Assembly: GCA_963817435.1 (NCBI GenBank)
Contig: CAWFNY010000003.1
Coordinates: 133,065-197,064 of the forward strand
Source of the DNA: an uncultured Gemmatimonadales bacterium
GTDB lineage: Bacteria > Gemmatimonadota > Gemmatimonadetes > Gemmatimonadales > GWC2-71-9
DNA length: 64,000 nucleotides
Reading direction: 5' to 3'
The notes beneath the pieces were generated by a model. That model worked only from the letters and a program-made list of their open reading frames with translations, was not told the origin of the DNA and did not search any database. The position numbers and the translations under genes were made by a program. This document shows positions 27,233 to 37,908 of the stretch, piece by piece (position 1 is the stretch's first letter; every line of letters starts with the position of its first letter).

Positions 27233-30154
27233 GTGACCAACCTCCCCGACCGCCTCGCCGCCGCCCTCGCCGACCGCTACCGCATCGAGCGGCAGCTCGG
27301 GCAGGGCGGCATGGCCACCGTCTACCTCGCGCACGACATCAGGCACGACCGCAAGGTGGCCCTCAAGGTCCTCAGGCCGGAGCTCGCGGCCATGCTAGGC
27401 GTCGAGCGGTTCCTGCAGGAGATCAAGACCACCGCGAGCCTGCAGCATCCGAACATCCTGCCGCTCTTCGACTCCGGCTCGGCCGACGGCTTCCTCTATT
27501 ACGTCATGCCGTACGTGGAGGGAGAAACGCTCCGCGACCGGATGGATCGGGAGCGGCAGATCCCGATCGCGGAGAGTCTCGACATCACCGCGCAGGTGGC
27601 CGCCGCGCTCGCCTACGCGCACGAGCGCGGCGTGGTGCACCGGGACATCAAGCCTGACAACATCATGTTCTCGAGCGGGCAGGCGGTGGTCGCCGACTTC
27701 GGCATCGCGCGCGCCATCGGCGTGGCCGGCGGCGAGCAGCTCACAGTCACCGGCATGGCCATCGGAACTCCCGCGTACATGAGCCCGGAACAGTCGGCGG
27801 GTGAGTCGAGCGTGGACGGCCGTTCCGATCTCTACTCCCTCGCCAGCCTGCTCTACGAGATGCTCGCCGGGGAGCCCCCGTTCACGGGACAGACCGCCGC
27901 CGCCATCATCGCCAAGCGGCTCGGCTCCCCGACGCCCAGGGTCCGGGTAGTGCGGGACGCGGTGCCCGAAGCGGTCGATCGCGCGCTGCAGAAGGCACTG
28001 CAGCGGACGCCGGCGGATCGATTCGCGACCGTCACGCAATTTGTCGAGGCACTCCGCTCAGATCCCGCTCCCAGGCGGACGCAGACCTCGCGGCGCGCAG
28101 CGCTCGCGGTGCTCGGCGTACTGGCACTGGTGACGGCGGGGTGGTGGGCCCTGCGCGGCGACCGCGTCAGGGGAGACCTCGATCCGGACGTCATCGCCGT
28201 GATGCCGTTCCGCGTCGGCGGCGACCCCGCCATCGCGTACCTGCGGGAGTCGATGCTCGACCTCCTGAACGCCCGCCTCCCCGGCGGAACCGGCCCGCGA
28301 ATCGTCGAGCCCCGCACCGCCCTGAGTGCCTGGCGGCGCGCCGTCGGCAACGAACGGGAGGACCTGTCCGAGGAGGATTCCCGCCGCCTTGCCGCCCGGC
28401 TCGGCGCCGGACGGGTGCTCCTCGGCAGCGCCATCGCGACGCCGACCGAGCTCACCCTCACGGGCTCGCTGTTCCGGGTGTCCGACGGGAACGAGCTGGC
28501 GAACGGATCGGTCTCGGGGATGCCCGACAGCGTAGCGGTGCTGGTCAACCGGCTGGTGGCCCGGCTCCTCAGCCAGGAGGCCGGGGAGTCGCGCGAGCGG
28601 CTCGACGGCCTCGCGTCCACCTCCCTCGAGGCGCTGCAGGATTATCTCGCGGCGCGGAAGGCCTATCGCCGCGGTGACTATTTTGCCGCGCTGGATCTGT
28701 ACGGACGCGCCTTTGCCCTCGATTCCAACTTCGCGCAGGCCGCCTTCGGCCTGGTCATCACCAACCCGCTGGTCGGCACGGTGTTCAACACCTCCGGCTT
28801 CAGGGCGATCCCGGCGCTCTGGCGGCTCCGGGACCGCCTGAGCCCGCGCGACCTCGCGCTACTCCGCGGCATGACCTTCGTCGGCCCCAACTATCCCCAC
28901 CCGTCCACCTACGCGGAGGTGCTCGCGCAGGCGGAGCGCGCGGCGGGCGACGCCCCGGACAGTCCGGAGCAGTGGTTCGTGCTCGGCAGCGGGCTCGACA
29001 ACTATGGCGCCGCCGCCAGCGTCCCGGACTGGCCCGCCAGGGCAGCCGATGCGCTGGACCGCGCCATTGCGCTCGACTCATCGTTCACACCGGCATTGCG
29101 GCAACGGCTCTACCTGGCGGTCGTCGTCCGGGACCGTGATGCGATCCGGAGAATGGCGGGCCTGCTCGAGACCAGCGCCGGCCCCGGGGACTATTCCGTG
29201 CTCTGGGCGGCCGCGGTCGCGACGGGGGACAGTGCCGAGGCGCTCCGCTGGCGGAACCGAATCGAAGCGTCGGCGCACGCGGACTTCATGCAGCGGCTGG
29301 TGGTCATTCCCCTGGTCAGCGTGCAGGACGCACTGCCCCTGGCCGACGCCCGCTGGGCCAACGCGACGCTGCGGCGGGAAGGCGCCACGGCGCAGGAGCG
29401 GAGCTCGGCACAACTCGGTGAGTATGCCGTCGGCATGGCGGAAGGCCGGCTGCTCGATTTTAGACAGGGATTCATGGGCGGCAGCGATTGGGACTTTGCC
29501 GGCGTGGTGCGGCAGGCGGTCGTCGAGGCCCCCTACCGCGCTCAGGCGCTGAAGATGATCCCGCCATTGGACCATGCCGGGTGGCTGCCGCTTCAGGACT
29601 GCTTCGCCGAGCTGTTGCGGGTCACCGCGGGCGACACCAGCGGGACCCGTCAGGCCATCCGGCGGCTGCGCGCATTCGCCGCGCTCGATCCGCCGCCGAT
29701 TCCGCAGGAGGAATGGGACCCGCTCGACTTTCGCGTCTGCCCGCTTCTGCTCGAGACCCTGCTGGAGGGAGGGCGCGATCGCAGCGCCACCTCCCGGCTG
29801 AACGCCCTCGACTCTCTCATGCGCGGGGGACCCCGCTGGCTCACGCTGGGGCCGCCCGCCGCCCCGGTCGTCGAAGCCAACTGGACCATCGCCCGGTTGC
29901 GCGAGGCGCAGGGGAATATTCCGGCCGCCCTCGCGGCCATCCGGCGCCGGGAGAGCAACTGGTATCCCGCCTATCTCTGGACGCTGCCGGCGTTCCTGCG
30001 GCAGGAGGGACGCCTCGCGGCGCTGGCAGGCGACACCGCGGGGGCGCAGTGGGCCTATCAGCGGTACCTGACGTTGCGCACCGATCCCGATCCGGCATTT
30101 GTTCCACAGCGCGATTCCGTGATCGCCGCACTCTCGGCGCTCGGGTCGCGCTGA
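27233..30154 (+). CDS. receptor Ser/Thr protein kinase K2 (kinase-TM-periplasmic module-TPR-like helical repeats), head subfamily F
   Basis: 973 aa with a GTG start. LGQGGMATVY, VALKVL, HRDIKPDN, DFG, YMSPEQ. TM helix AALAVLGVLALVTAGWWAL. Then VIAVMPFRVGGDP... and a long helical Ala/Leu/Arg-rich region with no SPDG blades. Confidence 0.85.
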   Translation: MTNLPDRLAAALADRYRIERQLGQGGMATVYLAHDIRHDRKVALKVLRPELAAMLGVERFLQEIKTTASLQHPNILPLFDSGSADGFLYYVMPYVEGETLRDRMDRERQIPIAESLDITAQVAAALAYAHERGVVHRDIKPDNIMFSSGQAVVADFGIARAIGVAGGEQLTVTGMAIGTPAYMSPEQSAGESSVDGRSDLYSLASLLYEMLAGEPPFTGQTAAAIIAKRLGSPTPRVRVVRDAVPEAVDRALQKALQRTPADRFATVTQFVEALRSDPAPRRTQTSRRAALAVLGVLALVTAGWWALRGDRVRGDLDPDVIAVMPFRVGGDPAIAYLRESMLDLLNARLPGGTGPRIVEPRTALSAWRRAVGNEREDLSEEDSRRLAARLGAGRVLLGSAIATPTELTLTGSLFRVSDGNELANGSVSGMPDSVAVLVNRLVARLLSQEAGESRERLDGLASTSLEALQDYLAARKAYRRGDYFAALDLYGRAFALDSNFAQAAFGLVITNPLVGTVFNTSGFRAIPALWRLRDRLSPRDLALLRGMTFVGPNYPHPSTYAEVLAQAERAAGDAPDSPEQWFVLGSGLDNYGAAASVPDWPARAADALDRAIALDSSFTPALRQRLYLAVVVRDRDAIRRMAGLLETSAGPGDYSVLWAAAVATGDSAEALRWRNRIEASAHADFMQRLVVIPLVSVQDALPLADARWANATLRREGATAQERSSAQLGEYAVGMAEGRLLDFRQGFMGGSDWDFAGVVRQAVVEAPYRAQALKMIPPLDHAGWLPLQDCFAELLRVTAGDTSGTRQAIRRLRAFAALDPPPIPQEEWDPLDFRVCPLLLETLLEGGRDRSATSRLNALDSLMRGGPRWLTLGPPAAPVVEANWTIARLREAQGNIPAALAAIRRRESNWYPAYLWTLPAFLRQEGRLAALAGDTAGAQWAYQRYLTLRTDPDPAFVPQRDSVIAALSALGSR

Positions 30155-30266
30155 TGGCTTCATCGAGTCCGAGCCGGGAAGGCTCGCGATGGCTGAGGTG
30201 ATCGAACGCCTCGCGCTTCCCGATCACACCGTATTCAATGGTCGCTCGCGCGACGGAGTACATCAG

Positions 30267-32435
30267 ATGAGAATGGCGCTGCTGATCGTCCTGCTGGGAA
30301 CGTTCGCCTGCAGCGGCGGGGGGAGTGGCGGGGCGGACGCCGCCAGGCTCCGCGAGCGCGCCCACGCCGTCACCATCACCCGCGACGACTGGGGCATCGC
30401 GCACGTCCACGGGAAGACCGACGCGGATGCGGTCTTCGGTATGGTCTACGCCCAGGCCGAGGACGACTTCAACCGCGTCGAGACCAACTACCTGAACTCC
30501 CTCGGCCGCCTCGCCGAAGCGGAGGGCGAATCGGCAGTGGTGCAGGATCTGCGGCAGAAGCTGTTTATGAATCCGGACACCCTGAAGGCGCAGTACGCTA
30601 CGAGTCCCGACTGGCTCAAACGGCTGCTGGACGCCTGGGCCGACGGGCTCAACTACTACCTGCTCACTCACCCCGGGGTGCATCCCCGCGCCATCACCCA
30701 TTTCGAGCCGTGGATGCCACTCTCGTACAGCGAGGGCAGCATCGGCGGAGACATCGAGAGCATCTCCATCGATCAGTTAGGCGCCTTCTACGGCCATGGA
30801 CCCAAGACCGTCGCGGTGCGGGCGCCCGCGCTGCCTGCGGAGCCTGGAGGGTCGAACGGCTTCGCCATCGCGCCGGCCAACACGTCGGCACATCACGCGC
30901 TGCTGCTCATCAATCCGCATACCTCGTTCTTCTTCCGCTCCGAGCTGCAGATGTCGAGCGACGAGGGACTCGACGCCTACGGCGCAGTCACCTGGGGGCA
31001 GTTCTTCATCTACCAGGGATTCAACCCCCGGGTAGGGTGGATGCACACCTCGAGCGGCGTCGACGCCATCGATGAGTGGGCCGAGACCATCGTGCGGAAG
31101 GGCGACAGCCTCTTCTACAAGGAAGGCGGCGCAGCGAAGCCGGTGACCGTCGAGAAGATCACCGTCCCGTTCCGGAGCGACAGCGGACCGCGACAGACGG
31201 TGTTCACCATCTACCGCACCGGACACGGGCCGGTCGTGCGTGAGGCCGACGGCAAGTGGATCACCATCCGGCTCATGCAGGAGCCGGTGAAGGCGCTCAC
31301 CGAGTCGTACACCCGCACCAAGGCGAACAACTACCAGGAGTTCCGGAGGACGGTCGAGCTGCAGTCCAACTCCTCCAACAACACCATCTACGCCGACGCC
31401 GACGGCAACATCGCCTACTTCCACGCCAGCTTCATCCCCAGGCGCGACCCGCGCTTCGACTGGAGTCACCCGGTGGACGGCAGTGATCCGGCGACGGAAT
31501 GGCAGGGGCTCACCCCCGTGGACCAGACACCCACGCTGTTCAACCCCGCCAACGGCTGGATCCAGAACACCAACAACTCGCCCTGGACCGCGGCCGGCCC
31601 CTACAGCCCGAAGCAGCGGGACTACCCGCGATATGTCGATGTCTACGAGGACAACCCGCGCGGCGTGCACGCGGTCCGGGTGCTGAGCGCCAGGAAGGAT
31701 TTCACGCTGCAGTCATTGATCGACGCGGCGTTCGACAGCTATCAGCCCGCCTTTGCGCTGCTGCTCCCGCCGCTCCTCCGGGACTACGACCGCCTCCCCG
31801 CACACGATCCGCTCAAGGCGAAGCTGGCCGGCCCCATCGAGGCGCTCCGGGGCTGGGACTATCGCTGGTCCGCGGCCTCGGTACCGACCTCCGTCGCGGT
31901 GTACTGGGGCGACATGCTCTGGCGCGATGTCGCGCAGAGCGCGGACGACGAGGATCTCTCCGTGTACGACTACATGACCCGCCGCGCCACGCCGGCACAG
32001 CGGCTGACTGCGCTCGCGGAAGCCACCGACAAGCTCACGACGGACTTCGGCACCTGGCAGACGGCCTGGGGCGAGATCAACCGCTTCCAGCGGCTCACCG
32101 ATGACATCGTCCATCCCTTCACCGATTCGGGACCCAGCATCCCGGTGCCGTTCACCTCGGCACGGTGGGGTTCGCTCGCCTCGTTCGGCGCCCGGTCGTA
32201 CAACGGCAGCAAGAAGATCTACGGCACCTACGGCAACAGCTTTGTGGCGGTGGTGGAGTTCGGCGACTCGGTACGCGCCCGCGCGGTGACCGCCGGTGGC
32301 GAGAGCGGCGACCCGAAGTCGCCGCACTTCAACGACCAGGCGGCCCGCTACGCCTCGGGGAATCTGCGGGAGGTCTACTTCTATCCCGGTCAGCTCGCGG
32401 CCCACACGGAACGGGCATACCATCCCGGGGAGTAG
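30267..32435 (+). CDS. penicillin/AHL acylase family Ntn-hydrolase (S45-like), lipoprotein
   Basis: The track ORF starts at 30189. ATG 30267 gives the lipobox MRMALLIVLLGTFAC. ITRDDWGIAHVHG... alpha-chain start. PGGSNGFAIAP carries the Ser-Asn autoprocessing/nucleophile site. About 720 aa. Confidence 0.8.
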   Translation: MRMALLIVLLGTFACSGGGSGGADAARLRERAHAVTITRDDWGIAHVHGKTDADAVFGMVYAQAEDDFNRVETNYLNSLGRLAEAEGESAVVQDLRQKLFMNPDTLKAQYATSPDWLKRLLDAWADGLNYYLLTHPGVHPRAITHFEPWMPLSYSEGSIGGDIESISIDQLGAFYGHGPKTVAVRAPALPAEPGGSNGFAIAPANTSAHHALLLINPHTSFFFRSELQMSSDEGLDAYGAVTWGQFFIYQGFNPRVGWMHTSSGVDAIDEWAETIVRKGDSLFYKEGGAAKPVTVEKITVPFRSDSGPRQTVFTIYRTGHGPVVREADGKWITIRLMQEPVKALTESYTRTKANNYQEFRRTVELQSNSSNNTIYADADGNIAYFHASFIPRRDPRFDWSHPVDGSDPATEWQGLTPVDQTPTLFNPANGWIQNTNNSPWTAAGPYSPKQRDYPRYVDVYEDNPRGVHAVRVLSARKDFTLQSLIDAAFDSYQPAFALLLPPLLRDYDRLPAHDPLKAKLAGPIEALRGWDYRWSAASVPTSVAVYWGDMLWRDVAQSADDEDLSVYDYMTRRATPAQRLTALAEATDKLTTDFGTWQTAWGEINRFQRLTDDIVHPFTDSGPSIPVPFTSARWGSLASFGARSYNGSKKIYGTYGNSFVAVVEFGDSVRARAVTAGGESGDPKSPHFNDQAARYASGNLREVYFYPGQLAAHTERAYHPGE

Positions 32436-32516
32436 GCGTCGCGCCGTCTGGCCGAGGATCGGGGCGGACGGTATGTTCGGGCAGCCTGCCAGTGCTCCCT
32501 GGTACCCAAGGCCCGT

Positions 32517-35198
32517 GTGACGGACGCCATCGATCGCCTGACGTCCGCCCTCGCCGACCGTTACCGCCTCGAGCGGGAACTCGGCCAGGGCGGCATGGCG
32601 ACAGTCTACCTTGCGCAGGACCACAAGCACGACCGCCAGGTCGCGATCAAGGTGCTGCGCCCCGAACTCGCAGCCGTCATTGGCGCCGAGCGGTTCCTGC
32701 GCGAGATCAAGACCATCGCCAACCTGCAGCATCCCCACATCCTGGGCCTCATCGATTCCGGCGAGGTGCAGGGGACGGCGTATTACGTGATGCCGTTCGT
32801 CGAGGGGGAATCGCTCAGGGATCGCCTCACACGGGAAAAGCAGCTCCCTGTCACCGACGCGGTCCGGATCGCGACCGAAGTCGCCGGCGCGCTCGACTAC
32901 GCCCACCGCCACGGCGTGATCCATCGCGACATCAAGCCCGAGAACGTGCTGCTGCACGACGGCAGCGCGCTGGTCGCCGATTTCGGGATCGCGCTTGCGG
33001 TGAGCTCCGCCGGCGGGACGCGGATGACCGAGACCGGCATGAGCCTCGGCACGCCGCACTACATGTCGCCCGAACAGGCGATGGGCGAGCGGGAGATCAC
33101 CGCGCGGAGCGACATCTACGCCCTCGGCGCGATGACCTACGAGATGCTGGTGGGAGAGCCGCCGTTCACGGGGCCGACGGCCCAGGCCATTGTGGCCAAG
33201 GTGATGACCGAAAAGCCGGCCTCCATCAGGCGGGCCCGTGAGCGGGTGCCGGAACAGCTGGAGGATGCCGTATTCACGGCGCTGGAGAAGTTACCGGCCG
33301 ACCGGTTTCCCACCGCAGCCGCCTTTGCCGACGCCATGGCGGGCAATGCGACCGCGATTTCAGTCGGCCGGCGAGAGCGCACGGCGAGGCGCAGCCGCTC
33401 GCTTTCCTACCTCACGGCCTGGGGGGGCTGGGTAGTGGCGGCGCTCGGCATCGCGGCCGGGGTGTGGGGCTGGCTCCGGCAGGTTCCGCAGACTGCGGCG
33501 CAGTTCGCCATTGCATTCCCGCATGACCAGATGCTGGGACTGTCGATGCTGGGTACCCACGTGGCCGTCTCGCGGGACGGTTCGATGCTGGTGTACACCG
33601 GAGGCGACTCGGCCTACGGCCGCCTCTGGCTCAAGGCGCGCGACGCGCTGACGCCCATCCCCATTCCCGGCACCGAGGGCGCCTACGACCCGTTCATCTC
33701 TCCCGATGGCCGGCAAGTCGGCTTCATCACCGACCGGGACGGCCGCACCATGAAGGTGGTCACGCTCGCCGGCGGCCCGCCGCGGACCGTCGTCGGCGCT
33801 CCACTGGGCACCAGCGGGGCCTTCTGGGCCACGGATGGGTACATCTATTTCGATGCCGATATCGGCGGCCTGCAACGCGTCAAGCCGGACGGCAGTGCGC
33901 GCGAGACGGTGATGGCGCTCGATACGGCACAGCATGACGCCGGAATCGCGTGGCCTCAGGTATTGCCCGGCAACCAGGTGGCGATATTCCGGCTCCGGCG
34001 GGTCAACGACGCCCCTGGCGACTTCTCGATCGCGGCGTTGCGGATCGCCACGGGTGAGCGGAGCGTCGTGACTCGGGCCGTCAGCGCCGTGTATGCCTCG
34101 GGCCAGCTGCTCTTCGTGACCGTCGACGGCTCTCTGCAGGCCGCCCCATTCGATGAGCGGCGGCTGGCTCTCACCGGTCCGCCCGTGGCCGCGGCGAACG
34201 GCGTGCGCATCGCTGGTACCTACGCCGGTGTGGATTTCGCCGTCAGCAATGACGGGGCACTCTATTACGTCGCCGGTACCGCGGGCGCCGCGTCGAAGCT
34301 GGAGTGGGTGGAACGCGACGGCACCGCCCGGGCGGTGGACCCCGCCTGGCAGGAAGGCGGCGAAATCCGCGGCCTGGCGCTCTCGCCAGATGGGCGCCAG
34401 GCGGCGGTCGAGCTGTCGCGCGCCGGCTCGACCGGCACCGATATCTGGATCAAGCAGCTCCCCTCCGGCCCGCTCTCGCGGCTCACTCTCGACCCCGCAG
34501 CGGACGTCCGCCCAAGCTGGTCGGCGGACGGCCGCTCCGTTCTGTTCATTTCGGAGCGCGTGAGGCCGCAGGCAGTGTTCCGCCGGCAGGCCGACGGAGC
34601 TGGCGCAGACACCCTGGTTGTCCACGCCGAGCGAAACATCACGGAAGTCGGGGAGTCGCGGGACGGTCGCTGGCTGGTCGCCCGGACCTCGGGGGCGGAG
34701 ACCGGTGCCGGCGATATCCTGGCCATGCAGATGGGACGCGACACCGCCCTGCAGCCGCTGATCAGCACCCCGTCGTCCGAATCGAACCCGGTCCTTTCCC
34801 CGGATGGCCATTGGCTCGCCTACGTATCCGTCGCCTCCGGCCGGCGGGAGGTCTACGTGCGATCGTTCCCCGACGTGAACCGCGGTGTGTGGCAAGTCTC
34901 CACGGATGGGGGCGTGGAACCCCAGTGGGCGCACTCCGGGAAGGAGCTCTTCTTCCGCGGCATCAGCACGCTGGACATGATGGCCGTGGATGTGCAGACG
35001 ACTCCGGTGTTCCGTCCCGGAATGCCACGCGCGCTCTTCCACACCGACGCCGCGACCGGGCTGGACTATGTGCGTTATGCCGTCAGCCCGGACGACCGTC
35101 GCTTTCTCATGGTGGGGCGTGGCGGCGCCGATGCCCAGCCGCAACTTGTCCGGGTCGAGAACTTCATCCAGCACCTCGAGCGCCGGTCCGCACCGTGA
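32517..35198 (+). CDS. receptor Ser/Thr protein kinase K3 (kinase-TM-propeller), head subfamily B
   Basis: 893 aa with a GTG start. LGQGGMATVY, VAIKVL, HRDIKPEN, DFG, YMSPEQ. TM helix WGGWVVAALGIAAGVWGWL. SPDGRQVGF / SPDGHWLAY blades. Tail LVRVENFIQHLERR. Confidence 0.9.
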   Translation: MTDAIDRLTSALADRYRLERELGQGGMATVYLAQDHKHDRQVAIKVLRPELAAVIGAERFLREIKTIANLQHPHILGLIDSGEVQGTAYYVMPFVEGESLRDRLTREKQLPVTDAVRIATEVAGALDYAHRHGVIHRDIKPENVLLHDGSALVADFGIALAVSSAGGTRMTETGMSLGTPHYMSPEQAMGEREITARSDIYALGAMTYEMLVGEPPFTGPTAQAIVAKVMTEKPASIRRARERVPEQLEDAVFTALEKLPADRFPTAAAFADAMAGNATAISVGRRERTARRSRSLSYLTAWGGWVVAALGIAAGVWGWLRQVPQTAAQFAIAFPHDQMLGLSMLGTHVAVSRDGSMLVYTGGDSAYGRLWLKARDALTPIPIPGTEGAYDPFISPDGRQVGFITDRDGRTMKVVTLAGGPPRTVVGAPLGTSGAFWATDGYIYFDADIGGLQRVKPDGSARETVMALDTAQHDAGIAWPQVLPGNQVAIFRLRRVNDAPGDFSIAALRIATGERSVVTRAVSAVYASGQLLFVTVDGSLQAAPFDERRLALTGPPVAAANGVRIAGTYAGVDFAVSNDGALYYVAGTAGAASKLEWVERDGTARAVDPAWQEGGEIRGLALSPDGRQAAVELSRAGSTGTDIWIKQLPSGPLSRLTLDPAADVRPSWSADGRSVLFISERVRPQAVFRRQADGAGADTLVVHAERNITEVGESRDGRWLVARTSGAETGAGDILAMQMGRDTALQPLISTPSSESNPVLSPDGHWLAYVSVASGRREVYVRSFPDVNRGVWQVSTDGGVEPQWAHSGKELFFRGISTLDMMAVDVQTTPVFRPGMPRALFHTDAATGLDYVRYAVSPDDRRFLMVGRGGADAQPQLVRVENFIQHLERRSAP

Positions 35199-35208
35199 GG
35201 GCATCAGG

Positions 35209-37908
35209 ATGACCGACATGGCCCGCCTAGCGTCCGCTCTCGCCGACCGGTACCGCCTCGAGCGGGAGCTCGGTCAGGGCGGCATGGCGACAGTCTACCT
35301 CGCCCAGGACCTCAAGCACGACCGCAAGGTCGCGATCAAGGTGCTGCGGCCCGAACTCGCGGCGGTCATCGGCGCCGAGCGGTTCGTGGTCGAGATCAAG
35401 ACGACGGCCGCGCTGCAGCACCCCCACATCCTCCCCCTCTTCGACTCCGGCACCGCCGACGGCTTCCTCTACTATGTCATGCCGTTCATCGACGGCGAGA
35501 CCCTGCGCGCCAAGCTGGACCGCGAGACCCAGCTCGGCATCGAAGAGGCGGTCCGGATCACGGTTGCGGTGGCCGACGCCCTCGACTACGCGCACCGCCA
35601 CGGGGTGATCCACCGCGACATCAAGCCGGAGAACATCCTGCTGCACGACGGCCGGCCAGTCGTGGCGGACTTCGGGATCGCCCTGGCGCTCTCTGCCGCG
35701 GCGGGCGGGCGGATGACCGAGACGGGGATGAGTCTCGGCACCCCGCACTACATGAGCCCGGAGCAGGCGACGGCGGAGAAGGAGCTGACCGGCCGGAGCG
35801 ACATCTATTCCCTGGGCAGCGTGCTCTATGAGATGCTGACCGGCCAGCCACCGCACCTGGGGGGCTCGGCCCAGCAGATCATCATGAAGATCATCGCCGA
35901 GCCGGTGCAGCCGGTGACGGCCCTGCGGAAGGCGGTGACGCCGAACGTGGCGGCGGCGGTGGCCAAGGCGGTCGAGAAACTCCCCGCCGATCGGTTCGAG
36001 AGCGCGAAGGCCTTCGCCGAGGCATTGAGAGATCCCGGATTCACGATCGCGGGGACGGCCGGCGGCGCGCTGGCCCGCCCGGACGGCCGTTCGGCCCGCC
36101 TCGTCCCCGTCTTGAGCCTGCTGACGCTCGGCGCCCTGGCCCTCGCGGCTTGGGCGCTGTTCCGCCCCGCGCCCCCGAAGCAGGTCATCCGGTACAGCAT
36201 GGGGTTCCAGCCCGGCCAGGGAATGCGCCAGGGGGTCGCCGGGATCAACATCGCGATCTCCCCCGACGGCCGCTGGATCGTCTACCCGGGAGCCGGCACC
36301 ACCGCGAGCCAGCTCTACCTGCGCGCCCGCGACCGCCTCGACGCTACCCCGATCCCGGGGACCGAAGGCGCGACCAATCCCTTCTTCTCTCCCGACGGGA
36401 CCAAGATTGCCTTCTTCTCGGGGGCCAACTTCTCCCTCACTGTGGTGCCGGTCGCTGGCGGGCCGCCGATCCAGCTCGACAAGGGGGCGCCAGGGTCCGG
36501 GGGCGCCGGGGCCTGGGGCCCCGACGGCTGGATCTACTTCGACACGCCTAACGGGACGGCGCGGATCCGGGCCGAGGGCGGGACCGGGGAGCTATTGATC
36601 CCGTACGACAGCGCCACCCACGAGATCGGCTTCGCGTGGACCGACGCCCTGCCGAATGGGAAAGGCCTGGTCTTCCGGGCTCGCCGGAACCTCGATCCGA
36701 ACGATTTCGACATCGACGCGTACGACCTGCGAAAGCACACCCGGCACTTCCTCATGAAGGGGGTCATCGCGCGATACGCCGACCCGGGCTACCTGGTCAT
36801 CGTGCGCGCGGACGGCGCCGTGCTGGCGGCCCCCTTCGACCAGGACAAGCTCCGGCTCACCGGCCCTGCGGTCCCCCTCCTCTCGGGGGTGATGGTCAAG
36901 CCGCTCGGCTCCGCCGACTTCGCGATCTCCCGCAGCGGCACCCTGATGTACGTTCCGGGAACCGGGACCTCGTCCTCCGGCTACGCCGAGGTCGTCGAGG
37001 TGGACCGTCATGGACGGATCGCGCCCTTCACCCCGCCCTTCACCTTCAACCCCAGCTCGAATCACTCGCTCAGCCTCTCCCCGGACGGCCGGCGCGTGGC
37101 GCTCGATCAGCTCGGTACCGCCTCCCCCGACATCTGGGTCAAGACCCTCCCGCAGGGCGCCCTCTCCCGCCTCACCTTCGATTCCCTGGGGGCCGTCCGG
37201 CCGCAGTGGACCGCGGACGGGCGCGACATTCTCTACCTCGGCACGGGATCGGTCCAGGGGAGGAACGCCGTCTGGAGGCGCCGAGCCGACGGGAGCGCGC
37301 CCCCCGCGCGGGTCTGGGCCGATCCCCGCTGGAACATCCTCGCCTATTCGCTTTCGCGCGACGGGCAATGGCTCGTGTATCGCGTGACGTCCGCGAACAA
37401 CAACCGGGACATCTGGGCGATCCACCTCGGCCACGACACCGTCCCGGTGCCGCTCCTGACGTCGCCGAGCTTCGAGGATGCCCCGACGCTCTCGCCGGAC
37501 GGGCGGTGGCTCGCGTACGTCTCCGATGAGTCCTCGCGCAACGAGGTCTACGTCCGCCCCTTCCCCAATATCAACGACGGCCGGTGGCAGGTCTCCGTCG
37601 CGGGGGGCGAGGCCCCGCGCTGGTCGCGGGACGGCCGGTCGCTCTACTATCAGGACCTGAACGTCTCGATGTTCGAGGTCCGGGTGACCACCTCGCCCAC
37701 CTTCGTGAGCGGCACTCCCGTGAAACTGCTCGACAGTTCGATCGGGCTTGCGGCCTCGGTGGTCGTCCCGTATTACGACGAGTTGCCGGGGGGCCAGGGG
37801 TTCGTGGCGGCCCGCACCGCAAGCACGGGACCGGCGGCGGGCACGACCCAGCTGATCGTCGTGGACAATTGGGCGACCGAGCTCTTCGCCAGGATGAAGG
37901 GGCAGTAG
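35209..37908 (+). CDS. receptor Ser/Thr protein kinase K4 (kinase-TM-propeller), head subfamily C
   Basis: The track ORF 34990.. is over-extended. ATG 35209 gives MTDMARLASALADRYRLEREL. 899 aa with all kinase motifs. Tail LIVVDNWATELFARMKGQ. Confidence 0.9.
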   Translation: MTDMARLASALADRYRLERELGQGGMATVYLAQDLKHDRKVAIKVLRPELAAVIGAERFVVEIKTTAALQHPHILPLFDSGTADGFLYYVMPFIDGETLRAKLDRETQLGIEEAVRITVAVADALDYAHRHGVIHRDIKPENILLHDGRPVVADFGIALALSAAAGGRMTETGMSLGTPHYMSPEQATAEKELTGRSDIYSLGSVLYEMLTGQPPHLGGSAQQIIMKIIAEPVQPVTALRKAVTPNVAAAVAKAVEKLPADRFESAKAFAEALRDPGFTIAGTAGGALARPDGRSARLVPVLSLLTLGALALAAWALFRPAPPKQVIRYSMGFQPGQGMRQGVAGINIAISPDGRWIVYPGAGTTASQLYLRARDRLDATPIPGTEGATNPFFSPDGTKIAFFSGANFSLTVVPVAGGPPIQLDKGAPGSGGAGAWGPDGWIYFDTPNGTARIRAEGGTGELLIPYDSATHEIGFAWTDALPNGKGLVFRARRNLDPNDFDIDAYDLRKHTRHFLMKGVIARYADPGYLVIVRADGAVLAAPFDQDKLRLTGPAVPLLSGVMVKPLGSADFAISRSGTLMYVPGTGTSSSGYAEVVEVDRHGRIAPFTPPFTFNPSSNHSLSLSPDGRRVALDQLGTASPDIWVKTLPQGALSRLTFDSLGAVRPQWTADGRDILYLGTGSVQGRNAVWRRRADGSAPPARVWADPRWNILAYSLSRDGQWLVYRVTSANNNRDIWAIHLGHDTVPVPLLTSPSFEDAPTLSPDGRWLAYVSDESSRNEVYVRPFPNINDGRWQVSVAGGEAPRWSRDGRSLYYQDLNVSMFEVRVTTSPTFVSGTPVKLLDSSIGLAASVVVPYYDELPGGQGFVAARTASTGPAAGTTQLIVVDNWATELFARMKGQ

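Noticed and set aside
27394-27400. GCTAGGC (CTA-GGC, Leu-Gly) in K2 as a possible intermediate form of the GTTAGGC motif.
   Set aside because: It is a single occurrence at a column where paralogues encode Ile-Gly rather than Leu-Gly. Other CTA codons in the window are not followed by GGC. It was not counted as part of the pattern.
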